Source: a virus
Lineage: Duplodnaviria > Heunggongvirae > Uroviricota > Caudoviricetes
Direction: 5' to 3' (one strand)
Virus record (IMG/VR): IMGVR_UViG_3300021963_008171
Span: 10,995-74,994 of that record
Length of the DNA stretch: 64,000 bases
Shown: positions 19,880 through 29,462 of the stretch, piece by piece
Layout of the letters: each line of letters begins with the position of its first letter
Position numbering within the stretch: the first letter of the stretch is position 1
Notes under the pieces: model-generated
The model's input: only the letters and a program-made list of their open reading frames with translations
What the model was told of the DNA's origin: nothing
Database searches by the model: none
Made by a program: the position numbers and the translations under genes

Positions 19880-20245
19880 TTGAAAAGGTCAGAGCACTAC
19901 GAGGATTATCCTAAACCGGTTTCAGAATTGACAGAAAAGCTATTAGATGGCTTAGAAGAAGAGAATTTTTTCGAAACTGAACACGCAGATTACAACATCA
20001 CTTTTAGAAGATTCGCAGATTCCGCTTTAAAGAAGTGGATCAAGGGCGATGATATGGATGATTTTACAGAGGAGGAATTTTCTCAAATCCTCCGATTCTC
20101 CATGGTAGAAACAGATCTATTAAGAATGAGTGAAAGGGGATTGCTTGACTCTATAGAAGATTCCAATGGCGAAGCTATGTATTTCTTAACCGACAAGGGT
20201 AAGAAAGAGATAGAAACACTAGTGGAAAAGGAAAAATCCAAATAA
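19880..20245 (+). CDS. hypothetical acidic protein
   Basis: 121-aa ORF. Confidence 0.4.
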   Translation: MKRSEHYEDYPKPVSELTEKLLDGLEEENFFETEHADYNITFRRFADSALKKWIKGDDMDDFTEEEFSQILRFSMVETDLLRMSERGLLDSIEDSNGEAMYFLTDKGKKEIETLVEKEKSK

Positions 20246-20308
20246 ATTAATCTGGGCATTTACTGAAATAAAATTCATTTCTCCTACTAATATAGAGAAA
20301 GGTAAAGA

Positions 20309-20536
20309 ATGAATAATTTATCATGGTCTTCCGAAGATTCTGCTTCAAAAAAAGCTCAGACAAAGAAGGAGGAAGTAAAGAAAAAGAGGATAGATTACAA
20401 GAAGGAAATAGAGGATCTAGAAAAGATCCATAAGAGAATTCTAGATAAGTACGAACTTCATGCACACAACAAGGTGTCCAATGCTATGATTGATATAAAA
20501 GGAGCCATTGAGAATCTGAAAAAATTTGAGCAATAG
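20309..20536 (+). CDS. hypothetical coiled-coil protein
   Basis: 75-aa ORF. Confidence 0.35.
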   Translation: MNNLSWSSEDSASKKAQTKKEEVKKKRIDYKKEIEDLEKIHKRILDKYELHAHNKVSNAMIDIKGAIENLKKFEQ

Positions 20537-20753
20537 CATGAACCTTCCCGATAAGATAACTCAGAGTGACATCAAGGCAGCCTCCCTGAAATTCGTAAAA
20601 GAGAGGTTTGGTTTTGTGAACTTGAGATCTGCAGAATCTTATGATATAAATCTTAAATCACATAGGGTATCATACGAGGTTGGTATGATACAAACCCTGG
20701 AAAAAATGGGATACAGAAAGAAGGGGAATTCTTACCTGTACGGAGGAGAGTAA
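20526..20753 (+). CDS. hypothetical protein
   Basis: 75-aa ORF. Confidence 0.35.
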   Translation: MSNSMNLPDKITQSDIKAASLKFVKERFGFVNLRSAESYDINLKSHRVSYEVGMIQTLEKMGYRKKGNSYLYGGE

Positions 20754-20781
20754 AATCCCTCCACAATATAACGTATTTTAA

Positions 20782-21189
20782 ATGAGCGAATCGAAGTTCA
20801 GAGTTCTTTCAAAAGAAAAATTACTTTCCTACAAAGAAAGCCATTATCTAACTGTCGGAAGACTTTTAGAATTTATTAAGGAAAATAACATTCCTGAGGA
20901 TGCATTAGTTGTATCCCAAAGGGTGGAAGATATCTACTACGAAACTCACAATTGGGGCGTATATGTCAAAGAAGGATATCATTCACATTGGATGAAAGAT
21001 ATGAATCGAAAAATAGACGAAGGTGTATTTGATGACAAGGAAGAATTTCCTATGATCACAGAGGAGATGAAAAGGAAATTTACAGAAGATGAAATAGCTG
21101 AAGCACACGAGCAATATCATCCGGTTTGGTGTCCTGTATTATACAAGGACGACAAAGACGATATACTTTTTTTAGATCTACATTATTAG
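20782..21189 (+). CDS. hypothetical protein
   Basis: 135-aa ORF. Confidence 0.4.
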   Translation: MSESKFRVLSKEKLLSYKESHYLTVGRLLEFIKENNIPEDALVVSQRVEDIYYETHNWGVYVKEGYHSHWMKDMNRKIDEGVFDDKEEFPMITEEMKRKFTEDEIAEAHEQYHPVWCPVLYKDDKDDILFLDLHY

Positions 21190-21192
21190 CAT

Positions 21193-21915
21193 ATGTCAAA
21201 AAGAAAAGTCTGTATAATCATTCCATCCAGAATGAATAGTTCTAGATTTCCCAATAAACCACTGGTTGATATTGATGGCAAATCCATGATAAGGAGAGTA
21301 TACGAAAAATGCTCTGCATCCATAGCAGATTCAGTGGCGGTTGCAACCGAGGATAAATCCATATACAATCACGTAACCGAATTTGGAAACTGTCACTTAA
21401 CCGATAAATTTGATAACGGAACATTAAGGGTTTGTCAGGTTGCTCAGATGCTGGAAGACTTCGATTATATTATCAACGTTCAGGGTGACGAGCCTTTCTT
21501 AGATTTGTCCTTTCTGAATAGATTTATTTCAGATTTATCCTGGATCAAAAGCGGAGAAATTTTAACAGGTGCAGAGGATAATTCCCTAATGACAGAAGAA
21601 CAAATGATCAATCCAAATGCAGTTAAATTCATAGCATCCGATGGCCTTGTTTCAGGATTCACAAGAAGCCCGATATTCAAGCCAACCAAGAACATATTTA
21701 AGCACATAGGAATATACGGATTCTGCTCTTCCGATATTAAATTGATAGCATCAATGGAGCCTAGTGATCTTTCAAAAAGAGATTCGCTAGAACAAATAAC
21801 CTGGATGGAAAGGGGCTTTAATTTTAAGTATACGGTGTGTTACAATAAAGCCATATCTATAGATACCCCTGAGGATTTAAGCTTAGCTATGAGCGTCTTT
21901 TTGCCCTCTAAATAG
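21193..21915 (+). CDS. CMP-sugar synthetase (CMP-Kdo / acylneuraminate cytidylyltransferase family)
   Basis: The N-terminus IIIPSRMNSSRFPNKPLVDIDGKSMIRRV matches the KdsB/NeuA signature (IPAR..S.R.PgKpL..i.Gk.Mi). Confidence 0.65.
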   Translation: MSKRKVCIIIPSRMNSSRFPNKPLVDIDGKSMIRRVYEKCSASIADSVAVATEDKSIYNHVTEFGNCHLTDKFDNGTLRVCQVAQMLEDFDYIINVQGDEPFLDLSFLNRFISDLSWIKSGEILTGAEDNSLMTEEQMINPNAVKFIASDGLVSGFTRSPIFKPTKNIFKHIGIYGFCSSDIKLIASMEPSDLSKRDSLEQITWMERGFNFKYTVCYNKAISIDTPEDLSLAMSVFLPSK

Positions 21916-21943
21916 AGAAAAATCCATTACATTTAGGATAAAT

Positions 21944-22426
21944 ATGGAAGTGAGAATTTACATAGATCTTGACGGCACAGTGTGCGATCTTAAATCTGCA
22001 GTTAATAAATACAGGGAGCAGAATTCGAACGACATCGAATCGATCAACTACAAATATCCGTGGTCTATACCCGGATTTTTTCTTGATCTGCAACCACTTC
22101 CTCTAGCAATAGAATCCGTTAATTTTCTAAAGAAAAATCACGATGTTTGGTTCTTGAGTAGACCATCTTTTAAAAACACAAACTCTTATACGGAAAAGGC
22201 AGAATGGGTCAAAAAACATTTTGGCTATGAGATGCAGAGAAAATTAATATTATGTGGGGATAAATCTCTACTAAAAGGAAAGATCCTAATCGACGATGCA
22301 GAAAATGCTAAGCAAGATATGTTTGACGGAGTGTGGTTAAAGATAGGATCCGAGCAATATCCTGATTGGGAAAGCATTCTCCCGAGGATCCAAGAAATAT
22401 CAGAATTGGGGATAAATAGCTTATAA
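21944..22426 (+). CDS. 5'(3')-deoxyribonucleotidase (NT5C-like HAD hydrolase)
   Basis: IYIDLDGTVCDL (HAD motif I) close to the N-terminus; 160 aa, typical NT5C size. Confidence 0.55.
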   Translation: MEVRIYIDLDGTVCDLKSAVNKYREQNSNDIESINYKYPWSIPGFFLDLQPLPLAIESVNFLKKNHDVWFLSRPSFKNTNSYTEKAEWVKKHFGYEMQRKLILCGDKSLLKGKILIDDAENAKQDMFDGVWLKIGSEQYPDWESILPRIQEISELGINSL

Positions 22427-22435
22427 GATTTTCTT

Positions 22436-22741
22436 ATGGCTAGAATGATTAGAAGATTCAGTTTCGACTCTGGTGATGTTACACTAGACACCCTAGTTGG
22501 CACTAACGACAGAGAAATAGTATATGAGATACTGAGAGGAATATTTTATGGGATTGCATCGGGGCATGAATCAGTAGAACTCTTTGAAATCAAAACAGTT
22601 TGCGGTAATCAGGTTTTTGCAATAAACAGAAAGCAATGGGGTAAAGCTCTGGAGAGATGTTTGGAATCCATGATAGAGGAGGAGGATTATGAGACGTGCT
22701 CTGAAATACAAAAAGCTTTAGATATAGTTAAGAATATATAA
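22436..22741 (+). CDS. hypothetical protein
   Basis: 101-aa ORF. Confidence 0.35.
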   Translation: MARMIRRFSFDSGDVTLDTLVGTNDREIVYEILRGIFYGIASGHESVELFEIKTVCGNQVFAINRKQWGKALERCLESMIEEEDYETCSEIQKALDIVKNI

Positions 22742-22745
22742 GGTA

Positions 22746-22988
22746 ATGAAGCATATTAGAATTTTTGAAGAGTACGATCCTAATTACAATCCTTATCCTT
22801 ATAAGGTTCTTAATCCTGGGCAGATCCAGCACTATCGTCAAGTTTTTAGACTTAGACCTGCCAAAGATGTAGACTATGCCTGGAAAATACTTGATACGGT
22901 CGAGAAAAACGAAGGTAAGGTTTCACTTAAGCAGTGGAATGTAATCCAAAGAACATATCACGGAGGAAATTATCCGGTTAATTATTAA
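22746..22988 (+). CDS. hypothetical protein, MKHxxxF family
   Basis: MKHIRIFEEY...; preceded by GAATATATAAGG at 22733-22744. Confidence 0.45.
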   Translation: MKHIRIFEEYDPNYNPYPYKVLNPGQIQHYRQVFRLRPAKDVDYAWKILDTVEKNEGKVSLKQWNVIQRTYHGGNYPVNY

Positions 22989-23629
22989 TGAAGCACCTAT
23001 TAGAATATCTTGATTTCAGTGAGCTTTCCCCGGAAGCAGCAAACAATGCCATAGAAAAGGTCAGACAGGAAAGATACGAAGATTATGATATTTGTGATTG
23101 GGTAGTTGATGATTCTGAATTATTCGAGCCGCCACATAAAGAAATGTCACAGCTTTTTGGGGAGGATTATTATGAATCCAATGGAGATCGATTCATGATC
23201 GAGAATGAATCACCCAAAAAAATCAGCTTTGTTGGAAAACAGGATCAGAACCACTACCTCCACTGCTCAAAGGCGATGGAAGTAAGTAATGACAATCTTT
23301 TTTTAAGATGGCTAGGTATACCCCCAAAATTTTTTAAATATATTTATTATTCATTTATAGACGGGGGACTTGGATATTCTGGCTCAAATACTGCAATAGC
23401 TTTTGAAATCGAAGACCATCAAGAGTTTGAAGAAAGATTCGGGTCACAAGGAGAAACAATCCTCGCAGAGTATTTTGAAAAAGCAGAAAAGAAATTTGAT
23501 TCACACATGGATTATGTTCTGACCAAGATCTCATCTTGCATAGATTCCCAATACGAAGACGATGCAATAATAGACCACATAGAATCCAATGAGATTACCT
23601 TTGACGAAGAAGGCAATCCAATAAGATAG
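22988..23629 (+). CDS. hypothetical acidic protein, MKHL family
   Basis: MKHLLEYLDFSEL...; 213 aa. Confidence 0.45.
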   Translation: MKHLLEYLDFSELSPEAANNAIEKVRQERYEDYDICDWVVDDSELFEPPHKEMSQLFGEDYYESNGDRFMIENESPKKISFVGKQDQNHYLHCSKAMEVSNDNLFLRWLGIPPKFFKYIYYSFIDGGLGYSGSNTAIAFEIEDHQEFEERFGSQGETILAEYFEKAEKKFDSHMDYVLTKISSCIDSQYEDDAIIDHIESNEITFDEEGNPIR

Positions 23630-23693
23630 TTACATTTTAAAGTTCGGGGAAATTATTTTATATTTGTAGATATAATATGTTAAACCCGAAGAA

Positions 23694-24431
23694 TTGAGCC
23701 AGAAAGATATAAATTTTGATAGATTAAAATTAGATCCGTCTGATGGAATTCTAAAGATAACAAAATCCAAACAATTTAAGGAAATACCATATATTGATGT
23801 TAATCAACACATCGAGGAATCTGTCATTTGGGCTGTTAAGAACGAATTTCAAAGAAACGGAAGGGTTCTTGATAAAGTGATAAAAAATTCAATCATCGGA
23901 AAACTTGGTGAATTTGCAGTCTATCATTTTTTAGATAGAATGGGATATCTTCCTGGATATCCAGATCTTAGAATAATAGAAAAAGGCGAAAGCAAGAATG
24001 ACGGTGGATACGATCTAAAAATTCTTAATAAGTATTACATCAACGTAAAAACATCAACAGGAGGATCCAATACACTTCTCTTAAAAAAAAGTCATTTCGA
24101 TTCCTTGGGAAATTGTGTATATAGAAAATCACCAGAAGATCCTCCGTGCCAATATTTTTTTCTATGCAGGATAAATCCAGATCTAAAAAAAATTAATCTG
24201 GATGATTGGACTGATATCGATTCCGTTGCTAGAGAACTATCACAATTAAGATTTAGGTGTGACATACCTGGATTTTTGACAATAGATGATTTTAGAAAAA
24301 TCATCTTAGAGAAGGTCACAATAAATACTGGACAAATGTTAGCAGTGAAGGATTTTAAATTCGACGAGGATAACTATTATTGTCAGACTGGAAATCTTAG
24401 AGATATAGAACAAATTAAAAAATATGGTTGA
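23694..24431 (+). CDS. hypothetical protein
   Basis: 245-aa ORF with a TATATTTG -7-like box at about 23665. Confidence 0.45.
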   Translation: MSQKDINFDRLKLDPSDGILKITKSKQFKEIPYIDVNQHIEESVIWAVKNEFQRNGRVLDKVIKNSIIGKLGEFAVYHFLDRMGYLPGYPDLRIIEKGESKNDGGYDLKILNKYYINVKTSTGGSNTLLLKKSHFDSLGNCVYRKSPEDPPCQYFFLCRINPDLKKINLDDWTDIDSVARELSQLRFRCDIPGFLTIDDFRKIILEKVTINTGQMLAVKDFKFDEDNYYCQTGNLRDIEQIKKYG

Positions 24432-25134
24432 TATAGTAATACTTAGTTGCTCTGCAAATGATGAATTAAAAAAGCAAACTACCGATTGCCTCGATTCCCT
24501 ATTTTTATCAGAGAACGATTCGGAAAATTTATTCAACGTCATAGTATTGGAATCCGAAGATTCCGTTAATTGGAATTCTTATCCAAACACCAAAACATAT
24601 AAATCTCCAGAGCCATATGGATACCACAAGTACATGAACTATGGCAGAAAACTTGGAATCAATGAATATGTCTGCTTATGTAATAATGATCTCATATTTT
24701 ATAAGGGATGGGCTTCTCATATTCTAGAATTATCTAAGGCACACCCAGGTATACTTTCATTTTCCCCAATATGTCCGAGAACCCAGCCTCTGTACGGAAT
24801 ACAACCAAATTCTGAAAATTATCTTGGATATGAAATAAGAAAGCATATTTCTGGTTGGTGCATATTTCAGAAAAGAGAAATTTATGAAATTATTGGGGAT
24901 CTTGACGAGAGCTTTACCCACTGGTTCTCTGATAATGATTATGCTTTAACCCTGTACACAAAAGGCATTCAGCACTGTTTAGTTACGCATTCCATAGTGG
25001 AACATCACGACAAAAATGTCGGAAAAACTGGACCTGCAGTATTATCAGACTCCGAGATGTATAATATGACAAGCGGAAGCCAAGATTTATTCACTAGGAA
25101 ATGGGATTCCTATTTCTCACAAATCGGTAAATAA
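24424..25134 (+). CDS. putative glycosyltransferase (GT-A / GT2-like)
   Basis: N-terminal DIVILSCSANDEL and downstream NNDL; weak motif-level call. Confidence 0.4.
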   Translation: MVDIVILSCSANDELKKQTTDCLDSLFLSENDSENLFNVIVLESEDSVNWNSYPNTKTYKSPEPYGYHKYMNYGRKLGINEYVCLCNNDLIFYKGWASHILELSKAHPGILSFSPICPRTQPLYGIQPNSENYLGYEIRKHISGWCIFQKREIYEIIGDLDESFTHWFSDNDYALTLYTKGIQHCLVTHSIVEHHDKNVGKTGPAVLSDSEMYNMTSGSQDLFTRKWDSYFSQIGK

Positions 25135-25193
25135 TTCAGATTTATTTGAAAATCCAAACAGGTTTTGATCTATAGTAATGAATATGGATTTTA

Positions 25194-25682
25194 ATGTTTA
25201 GGATATCCTTTAGAATTTCACCATTCCAAGAATTTAACGTTGGATCCCTGGTTGCTTACCGGGACGAAAATCTAGTGGATTACATAAGGGAAACCCTTTA
25301 TTCTAGATCCAATTTTTTCTACATTGAATCAGTTGATTGGCAAAAATATGAATGCAAAATATCTAATGGTATAGACTCTATCATGTCAACCCCAGACCAA
25401 CTCATAGAGGTGGTTTCTTATATAGAAAAGATCGAGATGAACGGAATAAGATCTATGAAATTTTCAGAGAATACCGTTGAAAATGTTGCTAGATGGCAAG
25501 ATGATTTTGACAATAGAGAATCCTATATTTTGGAGGATCAAAAAATGGGAGTATTTCTCGAAAATGTTGAAATACCGAGGGATTATTTTTCCTTAGCGAA
25601 TAAAATAATTAATGTCAATTCCAAGATTAAAAATTATATAGTTGCCCGGTTTGACGACGAGGTAATTCATAGTCTCCTTTGA
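25194..25682 (+). CDS. hypothetical protein
   Basis: 162-aa ORF. Confidence 0.4.
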   Translation: MFRISFRISPFQEFNVGSLVAYRDENLVDYIRETLYSRSNFFYIESVDWQKYECKISNGIDSIMSTPDQLIEVVSYIEKIEMNGIRSMKFSENTVENVARWQDDFDNRESYILEDQKMGVFLENVEIPRDYFSLANKIINVNSKIKNYIVARFDDEVIHSLL

Positions 25683-25725
25683 GATAGATACAAGAATCAA
25701 TCAGATAAAATATAAATTTAGAAAA

Positions 25726-26025
25726 ATGACAGAATTGCAAGGTGACAATTTCGAAAGTGCTGTTTCTTCAGCCAAAAAATGTTTAGTAGATTTTTATGCA
25801 ACTTGGTGTGGGCCGTGCAGAGCTATGAATCCGGTTTTAGAAAGTGTAGAGAGTGAATTGGGTGCAGATATTATTTTTAAAATTGACGTTGATAAAAATA
25901 GAGAATTGGTTGAAAAATACGGAATTAGATCCGTTCCAACTTTTATATTTTTTGAAGATGGGGAAGAAAAGGAAAGAAAAAGCGGAGCGATCCCTAAAGG
26001 ATATTTAATAGAATCTTTATCATAA
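25726..26025 (+). CDS. trx: thioredoxin
   Basis: WCGPC active site and ...RSVPTFIFF...; 99 aa. Confidence 0.8.
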   Translation: MTELQGDNFESAVSSAKKCLVDFYATWCGPCRAMNPVLESVESELGADIIFKIDVDKNRELVEKYGIRSVPTFIFFEDGEEKERKSGAIPKGYLIESLS

Positions 26026-26315
26026 TGGAAAAAATTAAATCATTTAATTCATTTCTTAGCGAGGGAAATAAATCAGGAGAGATGACACCTGATGAGGTAT
26101 ACCAAAGAGCCTCTTCACACAAAAAGTGGTATCATCTTGAAGATTTTGAAAAAGAATTAAAGGCAGGAATAGCAGTGGAAATGGAACACACCAATGACCA
26201 AGAAACCGCTAGAAGAATTGCATTGGATCATCTTTATGAAGATCCCGAATACTATGAAAAATTAGCTAAAGCTGGTTTAATCGATGAACCAGACGCATTG
26301 AAAAATTTGGAATAA
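26025..26315 (+). CDS. hypothetical protein (MEKIKSFNSF.., related to the MKHL family)
   Basis: 96-aa ORF; ATG overlaps the thioredoxin stop. Confidence 0.4.
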   Translation: MEKIKSFNSFLSEGNKSGEMTPDEVYQRASSHKKWYHLEDFEKELKAGIAVEMEHTNDQETARRIALDHLYEDPEYYEKLAKAGLIDEPDALKNLE

Positions 26316-26399
26316 TTTTTCAAAACATTTTTATTTCTCAGGAAACTATCATAGATTTGCATATATAAACATCTAAAGAAAAAGTTCTTTAAAATATTG

Positions 26400-26760
26400 G
26401 TTGTTAAAGTTGAAGCGGCAGAATTGGATACATCAAAATCAATTATGCAAGGAACGAATTTGATCTCGTATCAAATTTATCCAAACACCATCTTATCCGG
26501 TCTAATAGGATGAGATACGTCAGACACTAGCTGGATGACGGTAAATTTAGATATTTCTGAATAGAAATTCGGGGCGGCTAACAGGCCTTAGGGGTTAGAG
26601 AATCGTTCACTTAATGGACAACCTCCAGATCTGGAGATTCTCATCTTTACAATAACCAATTAATAAAATACTATCCGACGCGGGATAGGGAGTTACTTCA
26701 CTGCAAACGAAACAACACTCCCTTTCAATATTCTCGGTAAGTTATTCTTATTAAATACAT
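26400..26760 (+). ncRNA. candidate structured ncRNA (Y-RNA-like?) upstream of the Ro60/TROVE gene
   Basis: The 26316-26844 interval has no ORF in a window that is otherwise about 95% coding. It holds a 14-nt perfect palindrome CTCCAGATCTGGAG flanked by AGAATC/GATTCT, a GGGAGT...ACTCCC stem, and gcATATATAAAc at 26359. Bacterial rsr genes are usually adjacent to Y RNAs. Confidence 0.3.
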
Positions 26761-26844
26761 TAAATTGTGTTTGCTTAAATATAGGAAGGCTTATCGACTC
26801 ACGTTGGTAAGCTTTTTTTTTTGCCAAAAATTTAAAACAAACAT

Positions 26845-28470
26845 ATGAGCAAGTTATCAGAGTACGCGGTTAAGTCCAAAACAGAAATTAGAAAATACGA
26901 GGATCTAGTTGTTGAGAATTTTATGGGGGGTAATTCCTATAAATTGTCACCGCTACAAACACTTAAAATAGTAGCTGCTAGCTCGATCTTCGGGGAGCCA
27001 CAGTACTATAGAGATGGGATAAAGAAGCAGGCTTCGATAAAGAACCATGATACCCTATTGAAATACTCAATATTTGCTGGCCTTATAGAAGGCTGTACCT
27101 CCGCAGCGGACGTTTTTACGAACGCTATTGATGCAGCCTTAGATTATGACTTCAAGGGAACTTTAGACTTAGCTACGGAGCTAAGAATGGTGTTTTTTAT
27201 GAGATTAAACCCAGCCGTCATATTTATACGTGCTTCTATCCATCCAAAAAGAGCAGAATTCAATGGATCCAACCCAGGATACATGAAAACTGTGGGCAAA
27301 TCCATAGCACTTAGACCCGATGATTTAACAAATCAGCTTGAATATTTCATGTACGTGAACAAGACAAAAAGCAAATTAAGCTCCATTGTTAAAAGAACCT
27401 GGGCAGAAAGACTTGGAGAGTATTCAAGATATCAACTAAACAAATACAAAGGCAAAAGTCTAATTGATCTTGTTAGAATTTCACACGCTTGGAATAATGA
27501 TATAGATGAGCTAATGAAGACCGGATCTATCAAGGTTGAAGAATCTGAAAGAACATGGGAAAATTTAAGGTCGGAGGGCAAGACATGGAAGGAGATTCTA
27601 GAAGCAATCGAAATCCCTCACATGGCTCTTTTGAGAAATCTGAGGGGAATCTTCAAAGAAATAGAGGATTTGGAGATTGCTAAATCCGTCATGACAAAAT
27701 TATCGGCTGGTGTTACTAAGGGAAATCAATTTCCATTTAGATATTGGTCTGCATATAAAGCGGTAGAGAAAGAAGAAATAAATCATAAAGGAGTCATTCT
27801 TGATGGATTAGAGGAGTGCATGGACATTTCAGTACTGAATATGCCAAAGCTTGATGGAAAAACTATATGTCTTTCCGATAATTCAGGATCTGCCTGGGGT
27901 CAGTTATCATCAGAATATGGAACGGTTTATGCAGCAGAGATAGCAAATCTTTCTTCACTGATTACTGGAAAACAATCCGACGAAGGCGAAATAGGTTTAT
28001 TCGGAGATCGCCTTATTGTAGAGTCAGTTTCTAAAAGAAATGGACTTCTATCTCAGTTAAAAGCTATCAATGAGGTGGAGAGAGATCATGGTAAATTGGG
28101 GGGAGGCACAGAGAATGGGATTTGGTTGTTCTTCGATGATGCAATCAAGAGTAAAAAACATTACGATAACATTTTTATCTATTCTGATATGCAAGCTGGA
28201 CATGGTGGGTTATATGGAACAGATTCTTCAGAATATAAAGATTTCTTACATGGAGATTGGAGGCATATAGATGTTCTAGCTCTTGTTTCTAAATATAGGA
28301 AAGACGTGAATCCCAAGGTGAATCTATTTTCCGTTCAAGTTGCTGGATATGACAATACAGTATTGCCGGAGAATCTTTATAGGGGAGCTATTTTAGCAGG
28401 ATGGACGGGTAAAGAGCCAGTTTTTGCTAAGGCGTTAATCGACACCTGGAACGAAATAGAAAATCGATAA
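26845..28470 (+). CDS. rsr: Ro60-like ribonucleoprotein (TROVE domain + vWA with MIDAS)
   Basis: The N-terminus ...ENFMGGNSYKLSPLQTLK...FGEPQYY fits the TROVE start. The C-terminal ...CLSDNSGSAWG is a DxSxS MIDAS. 541 aa, Ro60 size. Confidence 0.6.
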   Translation: MSKLSEYAVKSKTEIRKYEDLVVENFMGGNSYKLSPLQTLKIVAASSIFGEPQYYRDGIKKQASIKNHDTLLKYSIFAGLIEGCTSAADVFTNAIDAALDYDFKGTLDLATELRMVFFMRLNPAVIFIRASIHPKRAEFNGSNPGYMKTVGKSIALRPDDLTNQLEYFMYVNKTKSKLSSIVKRTWAERLGEYSRYQLNKYKGKSLIDLVRISHAWNNDIDELMKTGSIKVEESERTWENLRSEGKTWKEILEAIEIPHMALLRNLRGIFKEIEDLEIAKSVMTKLSAGVTKGNQFPFRYWSAYKAVEKEEINHKGVILDGLEECMDISVLNMPKLDGKTICLSDNSGSAWGQLSSEYGTVYAAEIANLSSLITGKQSDEGEIGLFGDRLIVESVSKRNGLLSQLKAINEVERDHGKLGGGTENGIWLFFDDAIKSKKHYDNIFIYSDMQAGHGGLYGTDSSEYKDFLHGDWRHIDVLALVSKYRKDVNPKVNLFSVQVAGYDNTVLPENLYRGAILAGWTGKEPVFAKALIDTWNEIENR

Positions 28471-28474
28471 TTAG

Positions 28475-28499
28475 TGGGATCTTACGATCCCATTTTTCT
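28475..28499 (+). terminator. rho-independent-like hairpin GGGATC-ttac-GATCCC followed by TTTTTCT
   Basis: Immediately 3' of the rsr stop; a promoter motif follows. Coordinates +/-1. Confidence 0.5.
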
Positions 28500-28509
28500 G
28501 ATATATAAA
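28500..28509 (+). promoter_or_regulatory. GATATATAAA motif abutting the ATG at 28512
   Basis: See motif family. Confidence 0.45.
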
Positions 28510-28511
28510 TC

Positions 28512-29192
28512 ATGAAGCACCTGAATACGTTCAATGAATCAATGAGATCCAACAACATTATTGTGGGTGGATCAAGTTTCAAAGATCCAAGAGACGGAAG
28601 AGAATATCAAACTGTTATACTTGATAACGGAAAAGAGAAAGTAGAATGGTTTGCGGAAAACTTAGATTATGATGACACTGATGACTTTGGTGGAAAATCT
28701 GCATTAGACATATTCTTTACTAATAATGATCTGCCATCGATCAAGGAGGATACAAACAGAAACACCTGCGGTAGATATTATAGATTCAATTCGTTGGTGA
28801 ACGCATGTCCAGAAGGATGGGAGATACCAGAAAGAAGTGAATTTATAGATCTTTTTAAAAAAATCACGGGAAAAGATCCACATTTATGGAGGGATCACGA
28901 TAGAACTGAAATATTTAAATCAGTTTGCGGGTTTAGATCCTCATTAGAATTGACAATGTGCGGAAGCTATGAAAAACCAAGATATATGGGAACATCTTCT
29001 TTTGCAGGACAAAGACCGGATTCTAACGGATTTAATTTTAGCGGTAATAGGGATGGATATTATTGGTCAAGTACACCAGGTTCTATGAATAATGGAGGCG
29101 CAGTCTTTATATTCAGGGAGGATGAAAAAAAGTACCTAGAGGATGTTGGCTATGGTTATTACGCGGTTAGACCGATAAGAAAAAATATATAG
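28512..29192 (+). CDS. FISUMP-domain protein (Fibrobacter succinogenes major paralogous domain), MKHL N-terminus
   Basis: ...GYYWSSTPGSMNNGGAVFIFREDEKKYLEDVGYGYYAVRPIRK is the FISUMP signature. Confidence 0.55.
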   Translation: MKHLNTFNESMRSNNIIVGGSSFKDPRDGREYQTVILDNGKEKVEWFAENLDYDDTDDFGGKSALDIFFTNNDLPSIKEDTNRNTCGRYYRFNSLVNACPEGWEIPERSEFIDLFKKITGKDPHLWRDHDRTEIFKSVCGFRSSLELTMCGSYEKPRYMGTSSFAGQRPDSNGFNFSGNRDGYYWSSTPGSMNNGGAVFIFREDEKKYLEDVGYGYYAVRPIRKNI

Positions 29193-29195
29193 AGC

Positions 29196-29438
29196 ATGGA
29201 AATTAAAAGATTTGGCACATTTCTTAACGAAATGAAAAAAGAATACGGACAGGATTTCTCTCTTAGAGATATTAAACCTGGTGATAAAGTGACCTACATG
29301 GGGACTAAATACCACGTGATAGATTCTAATGAGGTTGTTTTAGAGCTTTCTAAAAATGACAAAGCAAAGCAGGGTGACAAGGGAAACTTCTTTGTGAACA
29401 GAAATATGTTCAAACAAAACGGGGCTATTCCTGACTAA
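29196..29438 (+). CDS. hypothetical protein (MEIKRFGTFLNEM..)
   Basis: Preceded by the 18-mer AAAATATATAGAGCATGG shared with 2531. Confidence 0.45.
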   Translation: MEIKRFGTFLNEMKKEYGQDFSLRDIKPGDKVTYMGTKYHVIDSNEVVLELSKNDKAKQGDKGNFFVNRNMFKQNGAIPD

Positions 29439-29441
29439 TCC

Positions 29442-29451
29442 GATATATAAA
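29442..29451 (+). promoter_or_regulatory. GATATATAAATA motif (contains TATAAATA)
   Basis: 12 nt upstream of the ATG at 29463. Confidence 0.45.
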
Positions 29452-29462
29452 TAAACAAAAAT

